Below, one piece after another: positions 24,401-35,100 of a stretch of 64,000 bases of DNA (its first letter is position 1; each line of letters begins with the position of its first letter). Position numbers and translations under genes: made by a program. Source of the DNA: Macrostomum lignano. Its lineage: Eukaryota. The notes under the pieces were generated by a model. It was not told the origin of the DNA and made no database searches. It worked only from the letters and a program-made list of their open reading frames with translations. The stretch is from positions 1 to 64,000 of the forward strand of contig NIVC01001589.1 of NCBI GenBank assembly GCA_002269645.1, given 5' to 3'.

Positions 24401-27400
24401 AGAATATAGATTGAATTATTATAATATTTACTATCACCATATTATAATAAATAGTTGGTACATTTAAACAAACTAATATTTAGTGTCTTGCATAGCTTTG
24501 ATTTCTTAAAGAAGATATAATATTAATTGAGAATTAATATTTACTATTTACTACAAGGGGTGTCCCAAAAGTTCCCGGAATGTCTAACGTAGCTCTTCAA
24601 CAGAGCCATGAAATTTCATGCCCATGGTGTCAAATGAAAGGAAATTTTGTCACAAAGAATACAAAGTTAAAATCATGTTGATATCTTTTTTTATTCAAGA
24701 CAAGAGCTACAGCAAGAAATGTGCGCAAAGGTCAGGGGTAGTGTTACACAACCTCAACAATCTATGGCAATAATTTTTTCATCTCCATTTTTGGAGTTTT
24801 TCATTTTGAATTCGTGCTACTGACGTGTCAGAAAGATGTGGTAGTGTCTATGGAAAAAAGCAGAAATGCTCATAAAGCTAATCTGAGCTTTTGCGCAAGT
24901 GCAGATAATTCGTACCAAGCGCTTGCTTTCAACTTGAAATTTCTTTGCAAAATTGAGTTCTCTTCAAAGCCTTGAAAGTCAGCAAAGTCAAGTTTTTGCC
25001 CTTTGGTCAGTAGGATGGAGTGGAGCCAAGATTTCTGACCACTTATTCTCCATCCACGGTGAGAACAGCCTGAAAAACTGAAATTTACGGATGGATCGAA
25101 TGCTTTAGAGATGGCCAGTCTGCTGTGAATGAATTCAAAATAAAAAACTCCAAAAATGGAGATGAAAAAATTATTGCCATAGATTGTTGAGGTTGTGTAA
25201 CACTACCCCTGACCTTTGCATACGTTTCTTGCTGTAGCTCTTGAATAAAAAAAGATATCAACATGATTTTAACTTTGTATTCTTTGTGACAAAATTTCCT
25301 TTCATTTGACACCATGGGCGTGAAATTTCATGGCTCTGTTGAAGAGTTACTTTAGACATTCCGGGAACTTTGGGACACCCCTCGTAATATTTACTATAAC
25401 CTATTACTATTTAATATCAATTATATTAGTGTTTTACATATCATTTTTTAAAAATCAAATATTATGTTACAAGCAAAATTAGTAGCAAGAGTAAAGACTT
25501 TAATGAAGTTATAGAATTTTTGTTTGAAAATGGACAAAAAATCCAAATATTTGAAATTATATTGTTATAAATTGTTATAATAAAAACAATATATTATAGA
25601 TTAATATGTTGAAATAATAATGTTGAAATTATAATATCTGCATAAACTATACATTATGTACATTAAAGATGCATTTAAGTTTAACTGACCATGTGCTTGG
25701 TATCTCTAGCTATTGAGCCAGCATTCTTTAAGCACCTAATTTAAATATATTTTTTTTAGAAAAAAATCAATGAGAAATAAATTTGCATTCATAATTTTGA
25801 TTTAAAACAAGTTGTTGATAAAATTTATTAACTGTCCTACTAAGCTTCACTCGTACACAATTGCTGACCAACTTAGCCTATCCAGCCAGTGTAAGTTGCA
25901 GTAGACCAAGAATAAAAAAATCACAAAAGTGACAATTTTTGAAAACTTTTTAACTTTTAAAAACTAAACAGACAAAGAGTAAGGGTATTTAATGAATCTA
26001 GGCAATTTTATAATCTTATCAAGTTTTATCTGAGCTTATATTGCCTATATAATATAAACTCTGCAAATAACTATTATTAAGGCGATGATGAGGCTCCAAG
26101 TAGCCGCTCAGCCAAGGCGGACACTCGCAAGGAGCACCTCAGCCTGGTCTTCGTTGGCCATGTCGATGCCGGCAAATCCACCATAGGCGGTCACCTGCTC
26201 TACCTTACTGGCATGGTGGACCAGCGCACATTGGAAAAGTACGAACGCGAGGCCAAGGAGAAGAACAGAGAGACCTGGTACCTCAGCTGGGCTCTTGACA
26301 CCAACGCTGAAGAGCGGGAGAAAGGCAAAACTGTTGAAGTTGGCCGGGCCTACTTCGAGACAAATAAGAAGCACTTTACTGTGTTGGACGCTCCCGGACA
26401 CAAATCCTTTGTGCCCAACATGATTGGCGGCGCTTCTCAGGTAATTCTTGATCTTGAGTCTAATAAAAAATCCTTGATTTTTATTGTTTCATCCTTGAAA
26501 TGGCCCAAGACTCAATCCCTAATCACTGAACGACAATTCCCAGGCTTAATCCCGAATCCTTAATCCAGTATCCCAGTTCCCAGGCTTAATCCCGAATCCT
26601 TAATCTAGTATCCCAGTTCCTAGGCTTAATCCCGAATCCTTGATCCAGTATCCTAGTTCCCAGGCTTAATCCCAAATCCTTGATCTAGTATCCCAGTTCC
26701 CAGGCTTAATCTATAAACCGCAATCCGTGTGCCAAGGCTCAAAAGCTCAAATCAATTGAAACATAAATCCCAGTTGTGAGACATAGAATCCCAAATTTCA
26801 CAAAACATGTATCCTAACTGATGCCTGATTTTCCCCCTGCGAACGATTTGCAGGCAGACTTGGCCATCCTGGTGATCAGCGCCAGAAAAGGCGAATTCGA
26901 GACCGGCTTCGAGAAGGGCGGCCAGACCCGGGAGCACGCCATGCTAGTGAAAACCGCAGGCGTACGCCAACTAATTGTACTCATTAACAAAATGGACGAT
27001 CCAACCGTGCAGTGGGCCGAGCAGCGCTACGAGGAGTGCAAATCTAAGCTGACGCCCTTTCTGCGCAAGTGCGGCTTCGCATCCAGCTCTCTGTATTTCA
27101 TGCCGTGCAGCGGCCTGACCGGCGGCTGGCTCAGGGACTCCGTGCCCGAGGATGTGTGTCCGTGGTATCGGGGCCCGACTCTGCTAGACTATCTGGACCA
27201 GATGCCCACTCTGTCCCGGCTGTCCGACGCTCCGCTGCGGCTGCCCATTGCGGACAAGTACCGGGATATGGGCACCATTGTTATGGGCCGGATTGAGGCC
27301 GGCCGGCTGAAACAGGGCGACCAGCTGCTAATGATGCCCAATAGAGTCAATGTAGACATTGTTGGTCTCTGGTGGGACGAGCTCGATGTTTCTCAGGTGA

Positions 27401-29517
27401 GTTGGGTACTAGAGAGATTTGGGGCAGAGCAGCTCAGTGGTAAACGCGTCTGACTCGATCACGCCATGACTCGTGGTTCGAATCCTGTGCGGCCACATTC
27501 ATTTGGACGATTCACACCTATGAAGGCCAACCCTTAGAACACAGACAGTGTACATGCCTGACGATTAGAAAACCAGGGTCTCTGTACACCCTGTGTGAGC
27601 GTGTGTACGAGTGCTGTGTCTGCGTACAGTATTGGCGCGCTTGTATGTGCTCACAATAGGGAGCCGTAGCCCAATGGTCCAGCGCGGCGCTCTGACGATC
27701 CAGCGGCCCAGGCTCGATTCCAAGTGCAGTCACATTAATTGTGAAGGCATATCACTTCAGTTCACTCACTCAAGGCACAGTGAAGTGTACACGCCTAACG
27801 ATAAATAAAGTTAAGGCCGCTGTACACTCCTGTGTGAGTGTGTGCCTGTGCGTGTGACTGCGTACGTATCCGCGCGCTTGAGTGCCTGCTCAGGGGAGTC
27901 GGCGGAATGGGCAGCAATGCCTCTTGCCGGTTGTGTGACAATGTCGCTTAAAGTGCGCCATGGTGCACGCAGCCCCCTGCTGCTAATAAAAACCTGTACA
28001 TAATTGTAGAGGTGTGCTGTACATAACTGATGTGCTAGTGAAGGGCAGGGCCAGTGCACTGATAGATAATTAAGGCTGCGGAAATAGTTGCATGCCTACT
28101 CCTACCTAGAAACCATTAACCCGATTAATCTCAGGCTGAGAGCGGCGACTCTGTCAAGCTGAAGCTTCGAGGCGTAGAAGAAGAAGAGGTCTCGCCCGGA
28201 TTCGTTCTGTGCCACCAGCCGACTCCGTGTCACGTGACAGACATATTCGACGCCAAGATAATGATTTTGGAGCACAAGTCGATCATATGCGCCGGATATT
28301 CGGCTGTTCTGCATCTGCACACCTGCGTTGAGGAGGTCAGCATTAAACTGTTGATTTGCATTCTGGATAAGAAGACTGGCGAGAAGCAACAGGTAATGAA
28401 TTTTATAATTTAAGTAGCTTTTATCTACAATTTCCACTACTTCCCTACTGTTAGTAGCGTGTTGGCGATATAAATTTCTTTGTAATAAACTATAGGCAAG
28501 TTCACTAACTTTTCAATACTGATCCTAACCACAGACACTAAAATAACTAGATGGGCTAGTCAGGCACATATACTTAGTAAAACAGCTTTCTACTTTCAGT
28601 TCAGTAGCAAAGAAGAATACATAAGCTATTTTATAAAAATAAAGGCAGCTGAAATGACTTTGATAAGTTTAGAAGCCTAAGCAGGCGTAAACAACTTGCT
28701 AATTGGTTTAGCAATAATGTAGTGTCCCGCATAGCAAAATTACGTATCCAATAGAAAGTGGGACGTCTCCGATACGTAACTTTTTTGGTTGCAGGAACGT
28801 CCTTGATACGTATCCAATTTTTATGATTCTCTAAAGAAGCTCGTTTCTACAAAAATGGTGGAATAAATAATCAATAAAATTACAAGCATTATCTGTTCAC
28901 CATTTTTGTAGAAACGAGCTTCTTTAGAGAATCATAAAAATTGGATACGTATCAAGGACGTTCCTGCAACCAAAAAATTTACGTATCGGAGACGTCCCAC
29001 TTTCTATTGGATACGTAATTTTGCTATGCGGGTGTGAAAAGGTGCGGTTGGAGGGTTTAAGCTGGGGGGGGGGTAAGAGCCAATAGAGTCTTGGCTTTAA
29101 AAGTACAAAAGTGCTTCTGTTTAACTTACTACTGAACTGAAAGTAGTTTACATGCAAATGTGCTGAGTGGCCCATCTAGTTATTCTAGTATGTGATTTCA
29201 ACCTAAACCCCATTATAAGGCAGTCAAATGGCTTGCTTATCTATACCCCTTGATCCACAAGAATGATCTTTTCGATTTTCAGCTTTCATCTTGTTTCCCA
29301 TTTCATTCCTTATTTCATTCAGGTGCGGCCCAAGTTTCTCAAGCAGGACCAGCTGGCAGTTGTTCGGCTCCAGGTGAAAGGCGGCAACATCTGCGTAGAA
29401 TGCTATTCGGAATTTCCCCAGATGGGCCGCGTCACCCTGCGCGACGAGGGTCGCACCGTTGCTATTGGCAACGTGGTGAAAATCCTGCCGCCAACTTCTA
29501 GCGTGTCAACAGATTAA
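21481..29517 (+). CDS. GSPT1: Eukaryotic release factor 3 (eRF3/GSPT1-2/Sup35 family GTPase), 581 aa. Exons 21481-21871, 26082-26440, 26854-27396, 28135-28392, 29323-29517
   Basis: Two PAM2 motifs (KLNIDAPVFVP, NINAPAFVP); GHVDAGKSTIGG, DAPGHKSFVPNMIGGA, INKMDD, LEHKSIICAGY, GRVTLRDEGRTVAIG; all introns GT-AG and phase-compatible; 1746 nt = 582 codons. Confidence 0.96.
22462..22631. mobile_element. 170-bp hAT-like MITE
   Basis: TIR CAGTGGCGCAAC / GTTGCGCTACTG; 8-bp TSD GAATTAGT (22454-61) versus GAATTAGG (22632-39). Confidence 0.75.
22699..23298. mobile_element. 600-bp non-autonomous DNA element with 7-bp TSD (MULE-like by inference)
   Basis: Perfect TSD TAGCATC (22692-98 and 23299-305); imperfect TIRs with repeated GGCGAAA / TTTCGCC motifs. 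Confidence 0.65.
23438..24537. repeat. Dispersed direct repeat: ~200-bp AT-rich segment at 23438-23640 repeated at 24330-24537
   Basis: ATATTTCTCTTAACTATTTCTCAGCCTTTCAAAATGAATAAGTTG...GAATTA present twice with scattered differences. Confidence 0.85.
24554..25384 (+). mobile_element. 831-bp mariner-type non-autonomous element with ~255-bp TIRs and transposase relics
   Basis: TA at both ends (24552-53, 25385-86); termini CAAGGGGTGTCCCAAAAGT / ACTTTGGGACACCCCTCG; internal MEKSRNAHKANLSFCA and HGENSLK/EIYGWIECFRDGQSAVNE resemble the mariner N-terminal HTH. Confidence 0.8.
26530..26711. repeat. 40-bp tandem repeat, ~4.5 copies, eRF3 intron 2
   Basis: TTCCCAGGCTTAATCCCGAATCC at 26537, 26577 and onward, period 40. 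Confidence 0.9.
27421..28000 (+). mobile_element. Head-to-tail pair of family-2 tRNA-derived SINEs (27421-27655 truncated; 27659-28000 full) in eRF3 intron 3
   Basis: First head has A box AGCTCAGTGG and B box GGTTCGAATCC (27475-85); second head GGAGCCGTAGCCCAATGG..GGCTCGATTCC; both precede the same GTGTACA.GCCT.ACGAT..TGTACAC..TGTGTGAG..GCGCGCTTG body. Confidence 0.75.
28726..29032. mobile_element. 307-bp foldback MITE (135-bp arms, 37-nt spacer), CACTA/EnSpm-like termini
   Basis: 28726-28860 is the reverse complement of 28898-29032 with one mismatch seen; termini CCCGCATAGCA..TGCTATGCGGG; flanked by TGT on both sides. Confidence 0.75.
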
Positions 29518-30794
29518 GCTTGAGCGCGCCCGGCTCAATTTGTCAGTTTGTTGTTGGCACTAATTCAAATTAACTTCCGTGTTAAATTGTTTGCGCTTGT
29601 TGAAACTGTGTGCGTGTCTGCAGACATTGCAAAAGTCATTCATACATTTTTCGCTTGTTTATTTTTTTGGTGGGAAAAATTCTACGCTAAATCAGCAAGT
29701 AGCACGCTTTACTCAGCTTCTATCGAAATTGTCTCTGAGTTTCTTGGTTGACTCTGTTTGTACCCATCTATGCTAGTAGCTGACCTATTTTCTCGCCTAA
29801 ATTGATTTTCAAAGCACGTTGCAAAAGTTTAAGAATTGCAAAAAATATTGTTTCATCATACTACTACTATTAACCCATTGATAACGTTGCAAACGGCTTT
29901 AAAAACAACTCTGGGGCGACCTCTTGTGACCTTTTAATGACCCAATCGACTGTAATGCGACGGAGAGTCGATTGTTGAATCACGAGTTCATCGCGTGAGT
30001 TGTAGAGTCGTAGGAGTCGCAAAAAAGTGTCGTTGTATTGGCACTTAATTTCTATCAACTGTGACGCAGATGTGCTTTAGACGCAATTAGAGTCGTTATA
30101 GAGTCGTCTAGATTCACTTCTTTCCTATTTTGTCTGTGTTCCCTGCAACGACTCTGGGATGCTTCTTGGCCTAGGTACCGTTTGCATCGGGTAAGCCACT
30201 TCTATAATAAGATCTAGTACGATCCGCTCACAGTCCACACGCGAACGCAGACACGTTTTACTATGGCATTGCCTTGTGCTCACCTTGTCCCGATGTACTT
30301 CATGGAAACTTCCTTCCTGAACCACTTGGACTGGAAGCTTATAATGGAGATATCATGCCGCTTTCCCAGTTTGGATGGAGTCTGACAATAAAAGCTTGTG
30401 TTTTTTTCGATTCTTTAAATGCTATTCCCCGCTCTCCTGCTAGATGCTGTGGCGGTGCCTGGTTGACTGCCACTGTAATCGCTACCTTGCACTAAACCAA
30501 TTTTTATGTTCACCCTACTGTTTCATGTGTTTGATCCGTATATTATACATATATTACTGTTGTTGAAATTAAGAGCAAGTGAAATATAAAAAAGGTTTGA
30601 AAGTTTCGCTACTGACTACTGACCAGCAGATGGCTTGAGCGCATCTGGACTGAACGGGTGTCAGCTAGTGGCGTTTGTGAGCTTTTGATTTTTTCAGACG
30701 TTGGCTCAAATATTGTTTGCCATTTTTATTATATGCTTATTATCAGCTAGTACCGAAATTTAGGGCTTGTTATATCCGGAATTTTGCACCGGAA

Positions 30795-31947
30795 TCTCAG
30801 ATAGTTTAGAGTGCACCCTGCTATCTCAGACAGTTTAGAGTGCACCCTGCTATCTCAGACAGTTTAGAGTGCACCCTGCTATCTCAGACAGTTTAGAGTG
30901 CATCCTGCTATCTCAGACAGTTTAGAGTGCACCCTGCTATCTCAGACAGTTTAGAGTGCACCCTGCTATCTCAGACAGTTTAGAGTGCACCCTGCTATCT
31001 CAGACTGTTTAGAGTGCACCCTGCTATCTCAGACAGTTTAGAGTGCACCCTGCTATCTCAGACAGTTTAGAGTGCATCCTGCTATCTCAGACAGTTTAGA
31101 GTGCACCCTGCTATCTCAGACAGTTTAGAGTGCACCCTGCTATCTCAGACAGTTTAGAGTGCATCCTGCTATCTCAGACAGTTTAGAGTGCACCCTGCTA
31201 TCTCAGACAGTTTAGAGTGCATCCTGTTATCTCAGATAGTTTAGAGTGCACCCTGCTATCTCAGACAGTTTAGAGTGCATCCTGTTATCTCAGATAGTTT
31301 AGAGTGCACCCTGCTATCTCAGACAGTTTAGAGTGCATCCTGCTATCTCAGACAGTTTAGAGTGCATCCTGCTATCTCAGACAGTTTAGAGTGCATCCTG
31401 CTATCTCAGATAGTTTAGAGTGCACCCTGTTATCTCAGACAGTTTAGAGTTCACCCTGTTATCTGAGACAGTTTCGAGTTCACCCTGTTATCTGAGACAG
31501 TTTAGAGTGCACCCTGTTATCTGAGACAGTTTAGAGTTCACCCTGTTATCTGAGACAGTTTAGAGTTCACCCTGTTATCTGAGACAGTTTAGAGTTCACC
31601 CTGTTATCTGAGACAGTTTAGAGTTCACCCTGTTATCTGAGACAGTTTAGAGTTCACCCTGTTATCTGAGACAGTTTAGAGTTCACCCTGTTATCTGAGA
31701 CAGTTTAGAGTTCACCCTGTTATCTGAGACAGTTTAGAGTTCACCCTGTTATCTGAGACAGTTTAGAGTTCACCTTGTTATCTGAGACAGTTTAGAGTTC
31801 ACCCTGTTATCTGAGACAGTTTAGAGTTCACCCTGTTATCTGAGACAGTTTAGAGTTCACCCTGCTATCTCAGACAGTTTAGAGTTCACCCTGTTATCTC
31901 AGACAGTTTAGAGTGCACCCTGCTATTTGAGACAGTTTAGAGTTTGC
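30795..31947. repeat. 29-bp minisatellite (CTATCTCAGACAGTTTAGAGTGCACCCTG), ~40 copies, between eRF3 and NOP56
   Basis: Period 29 (30821 and 30850). Confidence 0.95.
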
Positions 31948-32103
31948 CCTGTAATCCCCCCCGACAGTCAAAAGTACAGCCTGTTATTTCATTCGTCTAA
32001 AGTACATCGAGTCCTCTATTTTTAATGATTAGTATTCCCAGGCATGCACAATAGGCCAATAGCTATCAGTCAGCAATTATGCAACAACCCCCGCAGAGCA
32101 GCA

Positions 32104-35100
32104 ATGTCGGCAGAGCCGGTCTACCTGCTATTCGAGCACGCCAGCGGTTACGCGCTGCTCCAGGTGAAAGAGACAGAAGAGCTGGGCTTAATCTCAGCCC
32201 AGGCCGAGGCCGCCGGCTCCGATGTTGGCAAATTCAATTCGCTAGTCAAGCTGGTCGCCTACTCGCCGTTCAAGAGCTCCCTGTCCGCGCTAGAGAACGG
32301 CAACGCCATCTCCGAGGGCGTGTTGCACGAGGAATTGCGCGCATTTCTGCAGAACAATCTGCCCAAAACTGGCAAGCCGCTTCTTGGGGTTGGCCACTCT
32401 AAGCTGGCCGACTCCATCAAGGAGGAGCTGGGCGTCCGCTGCAGCGCCGCCGGCTCATTTCCCGAGCTGACCCGCTGCTGCCGCCAGCACTTCCCTAAGC
32501 TGGTGCGCGGCCTGTCGCTAGTGGCTGAGAACAAGGCCCAGATTGGCCTGGCCCACGGCTACAGCCGAGCCAAGCTCAAGTTCAATGTGAACCGAGCCGA
32601 TAACATGATTATACAGGCCATTAACCTGCTGGACCAGCTGGATAAGGACATCAATACCTTTGCTATGCGCGTTCGAGAATGGTTCGTTTCTATTCAGACT
32701 GCCCCATCCCAATACAAGTAGATTCCCTTTGATCAGCCACTGCCAAATCCCAATAGATTCCCTTTGATCAGCCACTGCCAAATCCCAATAGACCCCTTTG
32801 ATCAGCCACTGCCAAATCCCAATAGATCAGATCCCCTTTGATCAGCCACTGCCAAATCCCAATAGATCAGACCCCCTTTGATCAGCCACTGCCAAATCCC
32901 AATAGATTCCCTTTGATCAGCCACTGCCAAATCCCAATAGATCCCCTTTGATCTGCCACTGTTAAATCCTAATAGATCCCTTTGATCAGCCACTGCCAAA
33001 TCCCAATAGACCCCATTTGATCAGCCACTGCCAAATCCCAATAGATTCCCTTTGATCTGCCACTGTTAAATCCTAATAGATCCCCTTTGATCTGCCACTG
33101 TTAAATCCTAATAGATCCCCTTTGATCTGCCACTGCCAAATCCCAATAGATTCCCTTTGATCAGCCACTGCCCCATCCCAATACAAGTAGATCCCATTTG
33201 ATCAGTCACTGCCAAATCCCAATAGATTCCCTTTGATCAGCCACTGCCAAATCCCAATAGATTCCCTTTGATCAGTCACTGCCAAATTCCAATAGATTCC
33301 CTTTGATCAGCCACTGCCAAATCCCAATAGATTCCCTTTGATCAGCCACTGCCAAATCCCAATAGATCCCCTTTGATCAGCCAGTGCCAAATCCCAATAG
33401 ATTCCCTTTGATCAGCCAGTGCCAAATCCCAATAGATTTCTTTTGATCAGCCACTGCCAAATCCCAATAGATTCCCTTTGATCAGCCACTGCCAAATCCC
33501 AATAGATTCCCTTTGATCAGTCACTGCCAAATCCCAATAGATTCCCTTTGATCAGCCACTGCCAAATCCCAATAGATCCCCTTTGATCAGCCACTGCCAA
33601 ATCCCAATAGATCCCCTTTGATCAGCCGCTGCCAAATCCCAATAGATCCCCTTTGATCAGCCACTGCCAAATCCCAATAGATTCCCTTTGATCTGCCACT
33701 GTTAAATCCTAATAGATCCCCTTTGATCTGCCACTGTTAAATCCTAATAGATCCCCTTTGATCTGCCACTGCCAAATCCCAATAGATTCCCTTTGATCAG
33801 CCACTGCCCCATCCCAATACAAGTAGATCCCATTTGATCAGTCACTGCCAAATCCCAATAGATTCCCTTTGATCAGCCACTGCCAAATCCCAATAGATTC
33901 CCTTTGATCAGTCACTGCCAAATTCCAACAGATTCCCTTTGATCAGCCACTGCCAGATCCCAATAGATTCCCTTTGATCAGCCACTGCCAAATCCCAATA
34001 GATCCCCTTTGATCAGCCACTGCCAAATCCCAATAGATTCCCTTTGATCAGCCACTGCCAAATCCCAATAGATCAGATCCCCTTTGATCAGCCACTGCCA
34101 AATCCCAATAGATCAGATCCCCTTTGATCATCCACTGCCAAATCCCAATAGATCAGATCCCCTTTGATCATCCACTGCCAAATCCCAATAGATCAGATCC
34201 CCTTTGATCAGCCGCTGCCAAATCCCAATAGATCCCCTTTGATCAGCCACTGCCAAATCCCAATAGATCAGATCCCCTTTGATCAGCCACTGCCAAATCC
34301 CAATAGATCCCCTTTGATCAGCCACTGCCAAATCCCAATAGATTCCCTTTGATCAGCCACTGCCAAATCCCAATAGATCAGATCCCCTTTGATCAGCCAC
34401 TGCCAAATCCCAATAGATCAGATCCCCTTTGATCAGCCACTGCCAAATCCCAATAGATCCCCTTTGATCAGCCGCTGCCAAATCCCAATAGATCCCCTTT
34501 GATCAGCCGCTGCCAAATCCCAATAGATTTCTTTTGATCAGCCACTGCCAAATCCCAATAGATTCCCTTTGATCAGCCACTGCCAAATCCCAATAGATTC
34601 CCTTTGATCAGTCACTGCCAAATCTCAATAGATTCCCTTTGATCAGCCACTGCCAAATCCCAATAGATCCCCTTTGATCAGCCACTGCCAAATCCCAATA
34701 GATCAGATCCCCTTTGATCAGCCACTGCCAAATCCCAATAGATCCCCTTTGATCAGCCACTGCCAAATCCCAATAGATTTCTTTTGATCAGCCACTGCCA
34801 AATCCCAATAGATTCCCTTTGATCAGTCACTGCCAAATCTTAATAGACCCCTTTGATCAGCCACTGCCAAATCCCAATAGATCAGATCCACTTTGATCAG
34901 CCACTGCCAAATCCCAATAGATCAGATCCCCTTTGATCAGCCACTGCCAAATCCCAATAGATCCCCTTTGATCAGCCACTGCCAAATCCCAATAGATCCC
35001 CTTTGATCAGCCACTGCCAAATCCCAATAGATCCCCTTTGATCAGCCGCTGCCTAATCCCAATAGATCCCCTTTGATCAGCCGCTGCCAAATCCCAATAG

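Noticed and set aside
27421-27735. tRNA genes (also 11245-11314 and 38553-38615)
   Set aside because: A/B boxes are present but cloverleafs are imperfect and each runs into a shared repeat body, so these are SINE heads
29870-29885. TTAACCC as a piggyBac left end
   Set aside because: No matching GGGTTAA right end or TIR found downstream
32044-32103. Upstream ATG extending NOP56 by 20 aa
   Set aside because: Homology starts at [12 protein letters not shown] (32104) and an acceptor-like CCGCAG lies between the two ATGs
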